63,874 bases of DNA from contig JARDVH010000099.1 in the NCBI GenBank assembly GCA_030324005.1, positions 50,174,644 through 50,238,517 of the forward strand, written 5' to 3'. The position numbers and the translations under genes were made by a program. Positions 36,505 to 49,720 of this stretch are shown here, in pieces (the first letter of the stretch is position 1; each line of letters begins with the position of its first letter). The notes under the pieces were generated by a model. The model ran no database searches. It was not told the DNA's origin and was given only the letters and a program-made list of their open reading frames with translations. This stretch comes from Negaprion brevirostris. Its lineage: Eukaryota.

Positions 36505-36718
36505 TTGCCCTATATCTCCCTATGTTAATGGATCCTTTAAAAAAATCCAGATCTGGAACTAAGTATTTGCAAAAGTGAATCAGTTCCTATTTGGGCCATA
36601 CACTATCTATGTACAAGATTTCATTGAAATTGTCTATTAGTTTTTGGGATACTGCTTTTACAGACTAACAAACAGGGTAAAAACATTATCTCCACTCAAC
36701 TTCAGTGGCAGAGGTAAT
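36505..36718 (+). mobile_element. Possible non-autonomous DNA element remnant (Crypton- or Helentron/HINE-like end)
   Basis: AGATTTCATTGAAAT...TAGTTTTTG...ACAGACTAACAAACA...AAAACATTATCTCC...GGCAGAGGTAAT resembles the end of an element common in fish genomes. The class is uncertain. Confidence 0.35.
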
Positions 36719-36959
36719 GAACAGCTCGCAGAAGTATCTAGATCCTGACTTCAATCAATGTGCAATACCAGCATTAACATTTTGGAGCACAACATTGCAG
36801 CCAAAACCTCACCTAACTTGGCATAGCTGAATATGTGCTCAGCAACAGGAAAGACTCACTCCCACTGCTATTTAAATGGATTATCAATTGGTTAGTTGCT
36901 GGCTCATATTTTTCTAACTGTTGCTGTGATTCTATAAATGTTTGGTGCTTTTATAATAA

Positions 36960-37830
36960 AACCAGAATGTACTGGAGATATTGGTTCAGGCAGCATCAGT
37001 GGAGTTATGTTTTGGGTCTTTGACCCTTGATTAGAATTAAGAAAAGTTAGAGATTTAATAGGTTTTGAGCAAGGCTTGGATGGGATGAAAGATGGGAGAG
37101 ACTGAATGATGGAAGTGTTATTTTTTCAGTGCCAAAGGGAATGGTGATGGGACAAGAAAAGAAACAAAAGATGTACCTACAACAGGTGTGCTGCTGACTG
37201 AAAAAAAACAAGCAATGAAAAGGAAACAAAATGAGGGCCAAAGATTTTGGTCTGAAATTGTTGCACTCAGTGTTAAGTGCTAAAGACCTCAGTGGGAAGC
37301 CTCATTTTGACCTTTGAGGTGCTTCTGCCCTTTTAAGTCACTCATTGGATCTTTGGATGTTTCAATAGCATCCCTTCTGCAGCACCATTGAAGTTTCATC
37401 GGTGAGTCTGGTGGCTTCCCTCATGATGATGGAGAATGGCTTGGAGAATGGCATGCATGTATAATGTACCTTGGTCATGGAAGACATGAAAGTGTCTAAC
37501 TGTAAAATGAGGTTCTGTCCCTGAAGCTTACATTGAGTTTTGCTGGAACAGTGCAGTGAGCTGAGGACAGAAATACCAGCATGAGAACAAGGTGAATAAG
37601 TAATGTGATAAGCTACCATTAGCTTGGGATCATGCTTGGAATTGTTCACCAAAGAGGTCATCCAATCTGTTTAGTTTCCCCAAGTTAGAGGAGACCAGAT
37701 TTTGAATAGTAAATAAATTAAAATGGATTGAAAACAGTACACGTAAATCACTGCTTCACTTGGAAGGAGTGTTTCAGTCTTGGACAGTGAGAAGACAGGA
37801 GGTAAAAGGTCAGGTATATCATCACCTGCA
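36960..37830 (-). mobile_element. Old Penelope-like element of a second family (GIY-YIG C-terminus and pLTR), interrupted by an insert at 37278-37483
   Basis: Decayed translation DPKLMVAYHI...SHAGISVLSSLHCSSKTQCKLQGQNLILQLDT resembles the PLE C-terminal PVAxHF...EExLIFxLGTL motif. Confidence 0.65.
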
Positions 37831-38611
37831 TTTGTATAGAGGGTTGCCAAAATGCAACTTCTCTTCAAGTAATGCAGGTTAGTTTTAAATGCTTGCAGCC
37901 ACTCACATATCAGCCTGCTTGCAGCCAATGAACAACACTATTAGTGCTGGCTAGAAGCACAGATCATTTGAAATTGGCATGTTGCCTACATGCAATCAAT
38001 GGATGTGGGTTGATTGTGCATCCTGCTTCCTGCACCTACTATCTGGGTCTATTTAGTTTCAGCCTATTTAATTTGAAGCTATTTCTCAGTATGGAATGTT
38101 TATTTTTCGTTTCTATCTGTATTTATCTCCAGACCTTACTGACAGTTGGATATGTGAGTGACTGTGAGATTCTAAACAGCCTTTGAAAAACATGAAAAGA
38201 CTATTAATTACATATCTTGCCTTACTCTAGGTTAATTCTGAATTGTAACTGAGTTTAAAGTTGACAATTGACTGAAATGTTCCACTATTGCTAATCAGAT
38301 TAGTTTTATGTAAGTCATGATGACACAGAGACCTGGATTTATGTTCTTTGGGAGGCATTTCCGCAGGACTGTGCTTTCAACTGTCCACTTCAGGTGAGAC
38401 CTGCCTTCCATGACCAAGGTACATTATACATGCGTGCCATTCTCCAAGCAGAATACCCACCATCACGAGGGAAGCCAGCAGACTCACCGAGGAAACTTCA
38501 ATGGTGCTGCAGAAGGGATGCTGTTGAAACATCCAAAGATCCAATGAGCGACTTAAAAGGGCAGAAGCACCTCGAAGGTCAAAATGAGGCTTCCCACTGA
38601 GGTCTTTAGCA
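37278..38611. repeat. Local inverted duplication: arms 37278-37483 and 38405-38611
   Basis: The arms are reverse complements over ~206 nt with about 13 differences by manual alignment. Confidence 0.95.
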
Positions 38612-39789
38612 AACAAGTCTGAATTTTCTGGTGGGGGGGACGATCTCTACAAGGATTGCTCTGATCATTTGAGTTTTCACTCCTTTTAGGAAATGCCACC
38701 ACCACATTGTGGATCTAGGAAGTGGTGCTAAGGGAGATGCAAAACAGATACATTTGCCAAGTGTAAAGGCACTAACCCTGCATCAGTTACATATTGCAAG
38801 TGTGAATGGAATGAGCACTGGAAATTCTGAAAGACATATCAAAATCCCTGTCAGCAGTCAATGGTATGCCTGAGTGCTCACATTTCAAGACATTCTATGT
38901 TGCCATTCCATCTGATTTTGGACAAGATCATGAAGAAGAATTCCTTCCAAATGCCTAGTTGGCAGATCTTACTTAATTGTTGATTTACCTTCACTTAATC
39001 CTTTGAAAGTACCAATATTTGTGACCAAGGAACAACAGTATATAAAGTGATATACATAATATATTGTCATTTTGATTTTTGTTTTAAAACTATTCACTTT
39101 TTTTAAATTCTAGAGCATGCACATAGTTTTGAATAATCATAGAATGGTCAGCACTTTAAGAATTGACCTGCGTGCTATTATTAGTCAGGGGCTATTGAAT
39201 ATTCCTAGCAAACCTACAAAAACACTCAACTGTTCACTGGAAGAAATAGGCTGCAGTTTTGAATGGAAATGTAAGTATATTGTTTTTGTTTGACTCCTCT
39301 ATGTACGATTTATATAAGTTTGCATATAACAGAAGAACAATTGTGGAATATACAATGATAGTTCACCCAGACCATAATAATTATGTAGTAGATCTTTATT
39401 ATAAATTGTCATGAAGACATGCTTCACCAATTCGTGTGAAAATGGGAGTAACTCTCACAAATTTTTTCAGCGTGATTTTCAGATTGAATCTCCTACACTC
39501 TGCATCACAGAATACCCTAGTGGTATTCCCTCTGAAAATCAATGGATGGGGCCTACTCCCGCCTGAGAGGCCAGCAATGTCATGTAGAGTGGATCTCTGC
39601 ATGCGCCGATCTGTCAGCGTAGAGATTGGCGTATGTGCACTGGCCTCGCATTGCCAGTCTCCCAGTCGTTGGTTCTGAAAACTCCCATTNNNNNNNNNNN
39701 NNNNNNNNNNNNNNNNNNNNNNNNNNNNNNNNNNNNNNNNNNNNNNNNNNNNNNNNNNNNNNNNNNNNNNNNNNNNNNNNNNNNNNNNN

Positions 39790-40193
39790 TGGCCAACACC
39801 GAAAGGAACTACAAAAGGTCGTGAATGTAGCCCAATCCATCATGCAAACCAGCCTCTCATCTACTGTCTATATTTGCCGCTGCCTCGGCAAAGCAGCCAG
39901 CATTCTTAAGAACCCCAGACATTCTCTCTTCTACCTTCTGTCACGAAAAAGATACAGAAGTCTGAGGTCACATAGCAATCACCTCAACAACAGCTTCTTC
40001 CCTGCTGCTGTCAGACTTTTGAATGGACTTGCTTTGCATTTAGTGGATCTTTCTCTACACTCTAGCCATGACTGTAACATTCTGCATTCTCTCACTTCCT
40101 TCTCCATAAATGGTATGTTTTGTCTGTATAGCGTGCAAGAAACAATACTTTTCACTTTATGTTAATACATGCAACAATAATAAATCAAATCAA
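39790..40193 (+). mobile_element. Rex1/Babar-like LINE 3' end
   Basis: Homologous to 31075-31499 and ends AATAAATCAAATCAAA. Confidence 0.8.
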
Positions 40194-42306
40194 AGCAGCT
40201 GCAAAGAAATACAGAGAGAGTTGCTTAAATTCTCCATCCTTATTAGTCCCATGCTCATCCTCTTATTCTGGTATGCAATTTGTAATAGTGGACTAAAATT
40301 TGTTGATTGTAAAACTTAATTAATTTGTTTGGAACTAATTTGTTTGTTATAATCTGGGAGTTTTTAAACCCACAATTAAATAATAGCCTTGTGAAAACAG
40401 ATTCCGAACCCAAAATGTTAACTTTGCTATTCCCTCAACAGATGCTATTTGGTCTGTTATTTATTAGAGCACTGGGACATTTTTGTTTCAAGTCTTCACC
40501 TTATACTACTTTGCATTTTAGCCTTTAACTGGGGTTAGTAAATTGTAGTCTGACTATAATGCACAGCATATTTCCTTTGCGCCAGGTTGGGTAAGGTAGG
40601 GTATCTCAAAAAGGTGAAGGACAACCCCTAATTACAAATTATTTATGCTTCCTTGCTGCTTATTTGCTTTTTTAGGAAGAGGACTTGGGAATGGAACACT
40701 TTGCTCACTTAATCTTTAGCAAATCTTTTCTAGTCGGCAACGGTACATCTCATATAGCTTAAAGTCCAAAATCCAGCCCTGCTACTCCAGTGAGAGATTG
40801 GTGGACTGTTATGATGAAAATTACAAGAAGAATTGAGTTATTTGAGCACTTCTTTTACTCTTGACTCCTCTTTCCTTTTTAAGATATCCTCAAATTCAAG
40901 ATAGATCAGCATGGCATTGTAACTAATTATAATTATTAATGGCAATACAACTTTCTGTCCTACACCATCCCCTCACTGATTTATTGAGCTCTCCCTCACT
41001 GGTCCAAAAACCAGCCCTGCTTCCTTGCACACAATGTTCCTCTTTCAACTGCCAGTACTTCCCACCCATTTCCTGTTGCCACCTCCTCAGATCTCTGGGA
41101 GAAGAATTAGCATCAATGCTCTTTAATCTGCCTTCCCGCTCTTGCTGACCAACCAAAAAAAGACGAAACCAGCTTGAAAAGCCAACGACTCTATTTCTCC
41201 CGGACTTCTTGCCCAGTGAAAGCTGGATAGCTGGAAATAACATTGTTAAAATATTGGTTTTATCGTCAAGTTGTCTCATACAAAGAACTAGACAAAATAA
41301 AACTAGCTCAGGATAAGTGAGTCATTGGAAACCTGGCGAGTTCATTTCATGGGGCATGTCAAATCCACCGCACTTCAAGACATTGGAAACTACTTTTGTC
41401 AAGATCTACAATTAGGCTTGCAAAATCCATTATTGGACCATATTTACCTTAAAAGTGCAAAATGAAGCCAATCAGCATTATGACAAAGCCAGTTAATGAG
41501 CTTACAAATCGTTTCCTCACAGCCAGGATTTTACCTGCACTGATGGAAGAATGGTTATAAGCACCAGTTTTATGGGTCATGTAATAATCAGCTCCTGAAT
41601 GCCAAAGGATATTTTCCTTCCGGTCAAATACCCGAAATCAGGGCTGGACCAACCAGCAGAAGCTTTGACACAGCACAAGTGCACCTTTTCATCAGGTTGG
41701 TAAGTGCAGGCAAGAAGTTGGCTCAAGTTGCACATTGCTTCTGGCTTTTGCCAGAGGGCTCATAGAACCTAACTCCCTTCAGATACAAATGGCATCAGTA
41801 AGCCTACATTGACTTTGTTTTCCTGATCTTAAGTAAAGCCACAACAGTGCCATACTCGATCTTGATTGGGAACAAACTGTTGCTCTATTCAAAATGTTCC
41901 TTTGGTGATTTAGTCAGCAGTCTATTGAAGTATTTCTTACTCGTTCTCCAGGAATTCTTAAATAATCTTACTCCTTTATCCAAATGCATCAATAGATAGC
42001 AGTCACTCCCTGCCAATTTATTTTCATAGGATGCAGATTATCAGCCTGAGATTCTTGTTAACTGGAGCAAGAACAGTTGAATGTAATAAATGTCATTATA
42101 CTTAAAAAGGTGAAGCATTTAATGTAGTACTGGGCCAATTTTCAGCTGCATGTAGATACGCAGTAAAGTCCACCTGTGTTTGGTCAACTACGTTCTTGGT
42201 ATACAGAGGCCAGTGCTTGGGCTTCACTTTAATGTGTGAATTGGATATTTCACCTATGACTTCCAAACCATCTCCACAATATTCTCTTTTCCCCCCCTCA
42301 CTCCTG

Positions 42307-42423
42307 GGGCCGGATTTTATGGCCTTGTTCATCCTAAAACTGTAAAATCCTGCCTGGAAGGCCATTGTCTGCCCCTTACCCGCTCCAATTCCCATGGTGG
42401 GCTGGGCAATAAAATTCCAGCCC
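42307..42423. mobile_element. Short MITE-like element with terminal inverted repeats
   Basis: Termini are GGGCCGGATTTTAT and ATAAAATTCCAGCCC. Confidence 0.5.
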
Positions 42424-42989
42424 TGGATCTTTGACTTTTTCTTACTTTGGCTCTTCGAATTTGTCCTTTCATATGTTAGTTATATATTATCTTGTTGTTT
42501 TTTGTGTTCCCCCAGCTCAAATGTTGCTGCTTCAAAACCTGAAACTCTGACTAAGTTCCAATGTTTCCTTCTAACTCCTGTGTTCAGTATTTCCATTTTT
42601 AAACCACAGCTGTTACTCATTTCACACTCTAGTGTTTCTTTTCTTAGAATCAATCCAATTATTTTTTTCCCCCCAAACCCATCATTCCAAAATCTGGAAT
42701 TTTTTTTTAAAATGGTATTGCGAGGTTTATTTTTCAAATACTTCTCAACCCCTGCTTTATTCACACCACTTGTCTGATGTTCAATTTTAGATGGGGAGGG
42801 ATTTTCTCCAATTAACTGTGGAGAAAACAATAGCTACAATTCCTTAGCATACTACTCCATCCCTCACTCTGGCCGCTGTTTGTGACTGAAGCAAACTGCT
42901 TGAAAGCTTACCCTATGTAACCTTGAGTTCAGCTTCTGATCCTATTCTCTCTCCAACACCATGACTGCCTGCTTTCCACCTCCATGAAT

Positions 42990-43281
42990 GTGACACAGTG
43001 GTTAGTACTGCTGCCTCACAGCGCCAGGGACTAAGTCTGATTCCCAGCTTGGGTCCATGTCTGTGCATATTCTGCACATTCTCCCTGTGTCTATGTGAGT
43101 TTCCCCCAGGTACTCTGGTTTCCTGATACAGCCCAAAAGATATGCTGGTTAAGTGCACTGGCCATGCTAAATTCTCCCTCAGTGTACCCAAACAGATGTC
43201 AGAGTGTGGTGATTGAAGGATCTTCACAATAACTTCATTGCAGTGTTAATGTAAGCCTACTTGTGAAACTAGTAAATAAAC
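42990..43281 (+). mobile_element. V-SINE with type B tail
   Basis: Same head, core and tail as 17966 and 28499. Confidence 0.85.
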
Positions 43282-43299
43282 ATTAAAAAAAACTTTAAA

Positions 43300-43590
43300 A
43301 CCATTTCTGCCCTTCCCTCAACTCATCAACTTCTGAAACTCTCACCCATTCCTTTGTTACTTCCAGACCTGATTCTTCCAGTGCTCTGTTTGGTCACGAA
43401 CCTTCCATAAAAATGAACTCATCTAAAGCTGCTCTGAGTCCAAGCTTTCTCCAAATCCCATTCACCAATTACTGCTGTTCCCCAGCTATCCCTCAGTGTT
43501 AAAAATCCTGATTCTTGTGTTCAAATTTCGCTATGACCACCAGCCACTTCCCCATCCTGCCCACCCCCAAACCCTGTAACCTCCTGCATC
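43300..43590 (+). mobile_element. L2-type LINE 3' remnant
   Basis: CTGAAACTCTCACCCATTCCTTTGTTACTTCCAGACCTGAT gives the ETLxHxFVTSRxD motif. Confidence 0.55.
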
Positions 43591-44999
43591 AAATTGAATC
43601 CATAACATCCTGACTCAGAGGCAAGACTGCTCCCAAATGAGCCACAGCTGATAGTTAACATGGTGTCAAACATTCCCAGATTCCCACTCCATCATTCTAA
43701 CTATATATGATTTTTAAACCTTTCTCACCATTTTCTTCAGCATAATGACTAAACCTCCTCCTTACACACTTGTATCTCATTCCAGAATCATCTTTACACA
43801 GAACTCACCAGTACTAAATTCTCTGGAGAACCTTTTCCGGTTGAAACCTCTCAATATTTCTGCTCAATGACCCCCTCCACCCAATCACCATTACCACTTC
43901 CTTCCATTCATTACCCTGCATTTCTCCGGAGTTCAATTGTTTTTTTCTCTCAATGTTTCCTATCTCCTTGTTACAAGGACATTATTTTCAAATTCACCCA
44001 TACAAAGTCCGATTTCACAGAAGTAATGAAAACAAAGAAACCAACACTCACAAAAGTGATATTCTCAGTTTTATTCCAACCGCACATTTACAAAATATCT
44101 TAGGGCTTCTATTTAGTACTTCTCTACAAATGTCTTTCCTTAACACAAGGACATCAATAAATACATTGTACTGGAGAATTTATTTATGCCACATTCATTT
44201 CTCATGTCCTTTCTCTCAAAGCTGTACCATGCATTTTTAATTCAGACATCTAATCTGACAAAGGGTGTATATTTGAAACCTTATTACTGGTCTTATGTAT
44301 TTTCAGCTTNNNNNNNNNNNNNNNNNNNNNNNNNNNNNNNNNNNNNNNNNNNNNNNNNNNNNNNNNNNNNNNNNNNNNNNNNNNNNNNNNNNNNNNNNNN
44401 NNNNNNNNNNNNNNNNNNNNNNNNNNNNNNNNNNNNNNNNNNNNNNNNNNNNNNNNNNNNNNNNNNNNNNNNNNNNNNNNNNNNNNNNNNNNNNNNNNNN
44501 NNNNNNNNNNNNNNNNNNNNNNNNNNNNNNNNNNNNNNNNNNNNNNNNNNNNNNNNNNNNNNNNNNNNNNNNNNNNNNNNNNNNNNNNNNNNNNNNNNNN
44601 NNNNNNNNNNNNNNNNNNNNNNNNNNNNNNNNNNNNNNNNNNNNNNNNNNNNNNNNNNNNNNNNNNNNNNNNNNNNNNNNNNNNNNNNNNNNNNNNNNNN
44701 NNNNNNNNNNNNNNNNNNNNNNNNNNNNNNNNNNNNNNNNNNNNNNNNNNNNNNNNNNNNNNNNNNNNNNNNNNNNNNNNNNNNNNNNNNNNNNNNNNNN
44801 NNNNNNNNNNNNNNNNNNNTGAAGTGTGACATACGGAGGCTACATGCGAAACATAAGATATAGAGGACAGGGCATGGCCCTCAGGCATGTTACTAACTAC
44901 CAATTGAAGAGACAAACTTTTATTCCTATTCGCAAAACTTTATGAGTCCACCTATGCTCCCCACTACTTTAACACTATAGTCCTTGTATCTTTAAAAAA

Positions 45000-45340
45000 A
45001 AGGGAGGATTTGCAATTACATAGCCCTTTTCATGACCACCAGACATCTCTGAGCACTTTACAGCCTATTTTTTGGAGTTTAGTCATAGTTATAATGTAGG
45101 AAATGCAGAACCAATTTGTAAACTCTCACAAACAAACGATAATCGTGATGTTGATTGAGGAAAATGATTAGCCGGAGCATCCTAGAAAACTCTACTGCTC
45201 TTCTTCAAATAGTGTCATGGGATCTTTCACATCTACTTAAGCTAGTGGATGGGACATCAGTTTAATATCTCATCACAAAGTCAGCACATCCGGCAGTGCA
45301 ATGCTCCCTCTGTACTGCAGTGGAATGTCAATCTTGATGA
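45000..45340 (-). mobile_element. Deu-domain SINE (SacSINE1-like)
   Basis: CTGCTCTTCTTCAAATAGTGTCATGGGATCTTT and TTTAATATCTCATC...CAGTGCAATGCTCCCTCTGTACTGCA, plus an L2-type tail. Similar to 54150-54425 and 22570-23012. Confidence 0.7.
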
Positions 45341-46089
45341 GTAATCGTTTACATCACACTTATCAAGTATCTCTTGAGACCTAAGTACCTCAAATCCAAA
45401 ACATTTGCTTTGGCTATGCCCACACAGATGCATGCTCCAGAAGCCTTGTTCACCAAACATGCATTTCCCTTACACGAAGGATGGAATTTGACATCATAGT
45501 GGGGACATTAATTGAATGACACCTTCTGCATAAACACCTCAAATGGCCAGGTGCTGCATCACATAGCTTTGGAAGACCTCAGATTCAATTCCATTTCTCA
45601 GCTGAGTTTAATTGGGGGCAATTGTTTTGATGCTACAACCAGCCTGAACATTCCTGCATCGTATAAAGGGAGAACAAATACAGAGCGAGCATTCCTGTGC
45701 TGTCCAATAATTATCCAATGACCTGTGCTAGAAATTTTGCCCGCGTTAAATGTTGAGCAAGAACAAGATTAGGCCCTTAAATTATGCTATTATCCCTTCC
45801 AACACTCACTGTCTAGGCCAGTGGTTCTCTCATATTCAAAAGATCCATCTGTCTTACTTACAAAACTAAGATACAGATAGGGTATTATCTCCATTCTATT
45901 TACTTTCAAATTCGTCAACAGAAATTCTGCTTTACTACCCCCAAGGATGTCACTGACCCCATTTCTCTCCCCATTATGGCTGTGATAGGACACTTTCCTC
46001 TCCAATCCTCTCCCCTCTCTATCCATGCTACTCTGTAATAATCCCTGTTTGCTCTTCCCTCCGAGCCCACTGCTCTGCTTCATTATCTG

Positions 46090-46522
46090 TAACTCCTGTT
46101 CTGACCAAGACTACAAGAAACTACAAAGGGTTTGAATGTAACTCAGTCCATCACACAAACCAACCTCCCATCCATTGACTCCGTCTAACTTCCCGCTACC
46201 TCAGAAAAGCGGCCAGCATAATTAAGGACCCCATGCACCGTAGACATACTCTCTTCCACCTTCTTCCGTTGGGAAAAAGACATGTGCCAACTGACTCAAG
46301 AACAGCTTCTTCCCTGTCACCTTCAGACATTTGAATGGACCCACCATATATTAAAGCTGCTCTTTCTTTCTCAACACCCCATCTGTAACTGCAACACTAC
46401 ATTCTGCACCCTCTCCTTTCCTTCCCCCAACCCACGTATTCTATGAACAGTAGGTTTTGTCTGTATCACAAACAATATTTTTCCACTGTATTCTAATACA
46501 TGGGACAATGGTAAAATCAAAC
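46090..46522 (+). mobile_element. Rex1/Babar-like LINE 3' end
   Basis: GCCAGCATAATTAAGGACCCC...AACAGCTTCTTCCC, homologous to 31075-31499. Confidence 0.78.
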
Positions 46523-47824
46523 TTATATCGCTTCTCCCTCTCCCCGTTACTGGAAGCATTCTTCTCACTGCACACTATGCTCTGACACCAGTTAAAATGG
46601 CTTTGCAGTCTGAACTGCACCCTATGTGTTTTGAAACTCTTGGTTTAGGAAATTATAAAGAATAATCATTTGGGTGAGACACCAGGGCAAGAAAGCAGAG
46701 GAAAAACCAAAAGAAGAAAATTAGTTTAAAAGTGAATCAGGAGACACTTTTAACAATATTTTAACATAAAAGATGGTCATTCATAAGACATCAATCTACA
46801 TGCAAAACAGTTGTGTAACAATTATATTTTGAAATTGCTGAGATATTGTCAGCACCGTAGAGAATGTCACACAGTCAGCATCACTATAGTAGCAATTTAA
46901 GCAGTTGTAAACATCGACAAACATTGTGCTATCCCTCCTTCCCCCAAGTTCTTTCGGGAATACATGTTAAAATGAAATAGATCACATTTGAACTGCCCAA
47001 TTTTCTTCAAAGCAGAGGTTTCAACCGTAAAAAATAAGTTTTTGGCATTGGTTCAAAGAGCAATTTGGGATGATACTTTTATTAAAATGACAAGTTGGTC
47101 AATACATGAACACTGAGGTCAACTTCAGACAGAAATTTGGTGATAATAAGTTATCTACCCACAAAGAATCTGTACAATCTCTGCTCATGTTACAGCAAAA
47201 CCTTCAAATCATTAATTAGTAACATTTCAGACAAGCTGTTTACATCTTCTCAAGAGAAGCTGAATTAGTTGCACATTGCAGCTTGCCTCTGTCAGACAAC
47301 ATTGTGTGGAGTGCAAAGGTACAACAAATACACACTTTAAACATGTTGGAAGCAGGATTGGATAAGATATTAGCCATAGTTCACAAAAGGATCATAGGCA
47401 TTCCTCTACATTAGGGACAGGCATTAGGCCATCTATGGGGGCACCAGTCTGCAGGCATTGGGCAAGGCAATGAGGCAGGCATTGCAGCACAGAGGGAGCA
47501 TTGCACTAACTTTAGGTCAATGCACTGACAAATTGATGGATCAAGGCAGAAGATACAGGAGATAAATGAAAAATGCAGAAAGAGGTACCAACTTGGCTTA
47601 AACATCTATGATAAAAAAATTACAAGCTCACTTTCTCTTAAAAGATGTCATAGCTACTCTGACACCAAATGAAATGGTGACATATAGAATCAACCCTTGA
47701 CAGGCAAGTCTTTTGTTTTAAAACTGCCACAACAACGATCTGATGTTAGTGAGTAGAAATTACCTGCAATTCTTTTCCCTTTAAGTAACAATGATTTGAC
47801 TTACCTCCAACGATTGAAAAGATT

Positions 47825-48012
47825 TTTTTGATTTGATATATTATTACATAGTATCCAGTGAAAAGTATTGTTTCTTGCACCCTATACAAAGTATACCATT
47901 CAGAGAAGGAAAGGAGAGAATGTACTGTTACAGTCATAGCTCAGGTGTAGGGAAAGATCAACTTAATTTGAGATAGATCCATTCAATAGCCTGATGGCAG
48001 CAGGGAAGCTGT
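47825..48012 (-). mobile_element. Rex1/Babar-like 3' UTR fragment
   Basis: Reverse complement of the 31300-31499 tail. Confidence 0.7.
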
Positions 48013-49429
48013 TCAGAAATTGAAGAAATGTACAAAATGACTACGCCTAGCTCTCGGGTTTTCTGTTGTTCTACCATTCTCTGATGGTTGCATCCTCCAG
48101 AGAGGTTAGGAAGAATGTTATCATAATGCTCTAGACATGTTGGGTTTGGGATGGATTTGTTGGATTAGCTGGTCTTTCCTAATCAAATCAATTTTTTTTG
48201 AAGATTTTGAGGAATATGATCATTATATTTCAAACTTCACCATAAGCCCTTGTCAGGTGGTGGTGCATTTTTCAAAATCAAATCCAGTTTTTTGAGAGCT
48301 ACGACCAGCCACATTAAGTATACCGTGAGTAGGATAACATGCCACAGAGCTAACAGATATCTTCCATTTACAGTCTGGTGAGACGATGTGGGATGTTCAT
48401 CATACTCACCTGTCCTTTCTGAAAGATAGCAAAGGCCACAAGTTTACATAATTGCATTCAAGTGGAATTGAGAGCTATACTAAACCATGCTGGAGTGAAC
48501 CACTGAACCACTCCTGGTGGGGGTAAACTTTAGTCCTGGATCCACTAATGAGATTTGAGAGAGATGGAGGTGCGCATCTACATAAATTATGCAACTCCAC
48601 ACCGGAAATCAGCATGGAATTGATGGCGCCGGAAATCCAGCTGCTGGAAACACCTGTGACGCTCACTGAGGAGCCCGTGAAACAGCCTCTGCTCGAATCT
48701 CCCTGCCCGCAGGATGGGAGAATTGCCCCATTATTTTTTTGACACAGGATAAACATACAAAAAAAAGGTTGCCTGCCATGTGCTGGTAAGTAAGTTGTTT
48801 TTTTTTTAAAATGCATGGTAGAGCTCTTTATAAGGTCAGCCATAAGTTACATAAATGAAGGAAATTCACTTTCATATGATCAGTGTCCAGGTTAGACTGG
48901 CAGAATCACTGCGGTAATCTTTCCTTCAAGGGAATTCATGCTCCTTTTGATAAGCATCACAGAAAATTCATCAAACACCTCAGTAGGTGGAGGTCAAAGT
49001 CTTTAAGGCACCAACTTGCCAAATCATTTACATGATTGTTTTCAGACTACTGTTGGCTTCATTCCTATTCTAATTTTCATTTTTATGCCAGAAGCTACTC
49101 ATTATATCCATGCTATTGCCTTTGGTCAGAATAGTTGGGACACTGTTGCCAATCTCTACTCCAGTGGGATCTTTTGGAACTCTGCACAACTGCAAGCACT
49201 CTATTTTACCTTAAGGTTGTCTTTGGTTAACAATCCATTCTTACTCTCTCAGCAAACAATTTAACACTAAATGGGGGTGGGATTTTTTTCTGCACTGCTG
49301 ATGTGTTTCAAGAAAACGGTGTGCTAAACAGAAACATATTGAACGAAAATCATTTTCTCATAATAAAGCAGGTTACATCCCTGTAATTTTTGCATTAAAA
49401 ACCTACTAGCTGCCATCAAACTGTCACAA

Positions 49430-49720
49430 AAGTCCTCTTTCTACTTACTGCTAAACCTTTTCTACTTTCCTCCCACTCACTCCTGTTCACCGCTTTCCTC
49501 TCCCAAACCCCTTGCTCACTGCTTCCCACTCCCACCCCTTCCTGCTTGTAGCTTTCTTCTCCATCCCACTCGCTGTTTCTCCTGCTGACTTCTTCACGCT
49601 CATTGTTTCCTTCTCCCTCCCGATTTTCCTCTCCTTTCCTACTCCTGCCGCTTCCCTCTCCTTATCCCTTGCTCCCTCTTTCTCAATCCATCCTGCTCGC
49701 CTTCTCCCACTCCTGCCCGT
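49430..49720 (+). repeat. Low-complexity polypyrimidine (C/T-rich) tract
   Basis: Strong C/T strand bias over ~290 nt. Confidence 0.7.
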
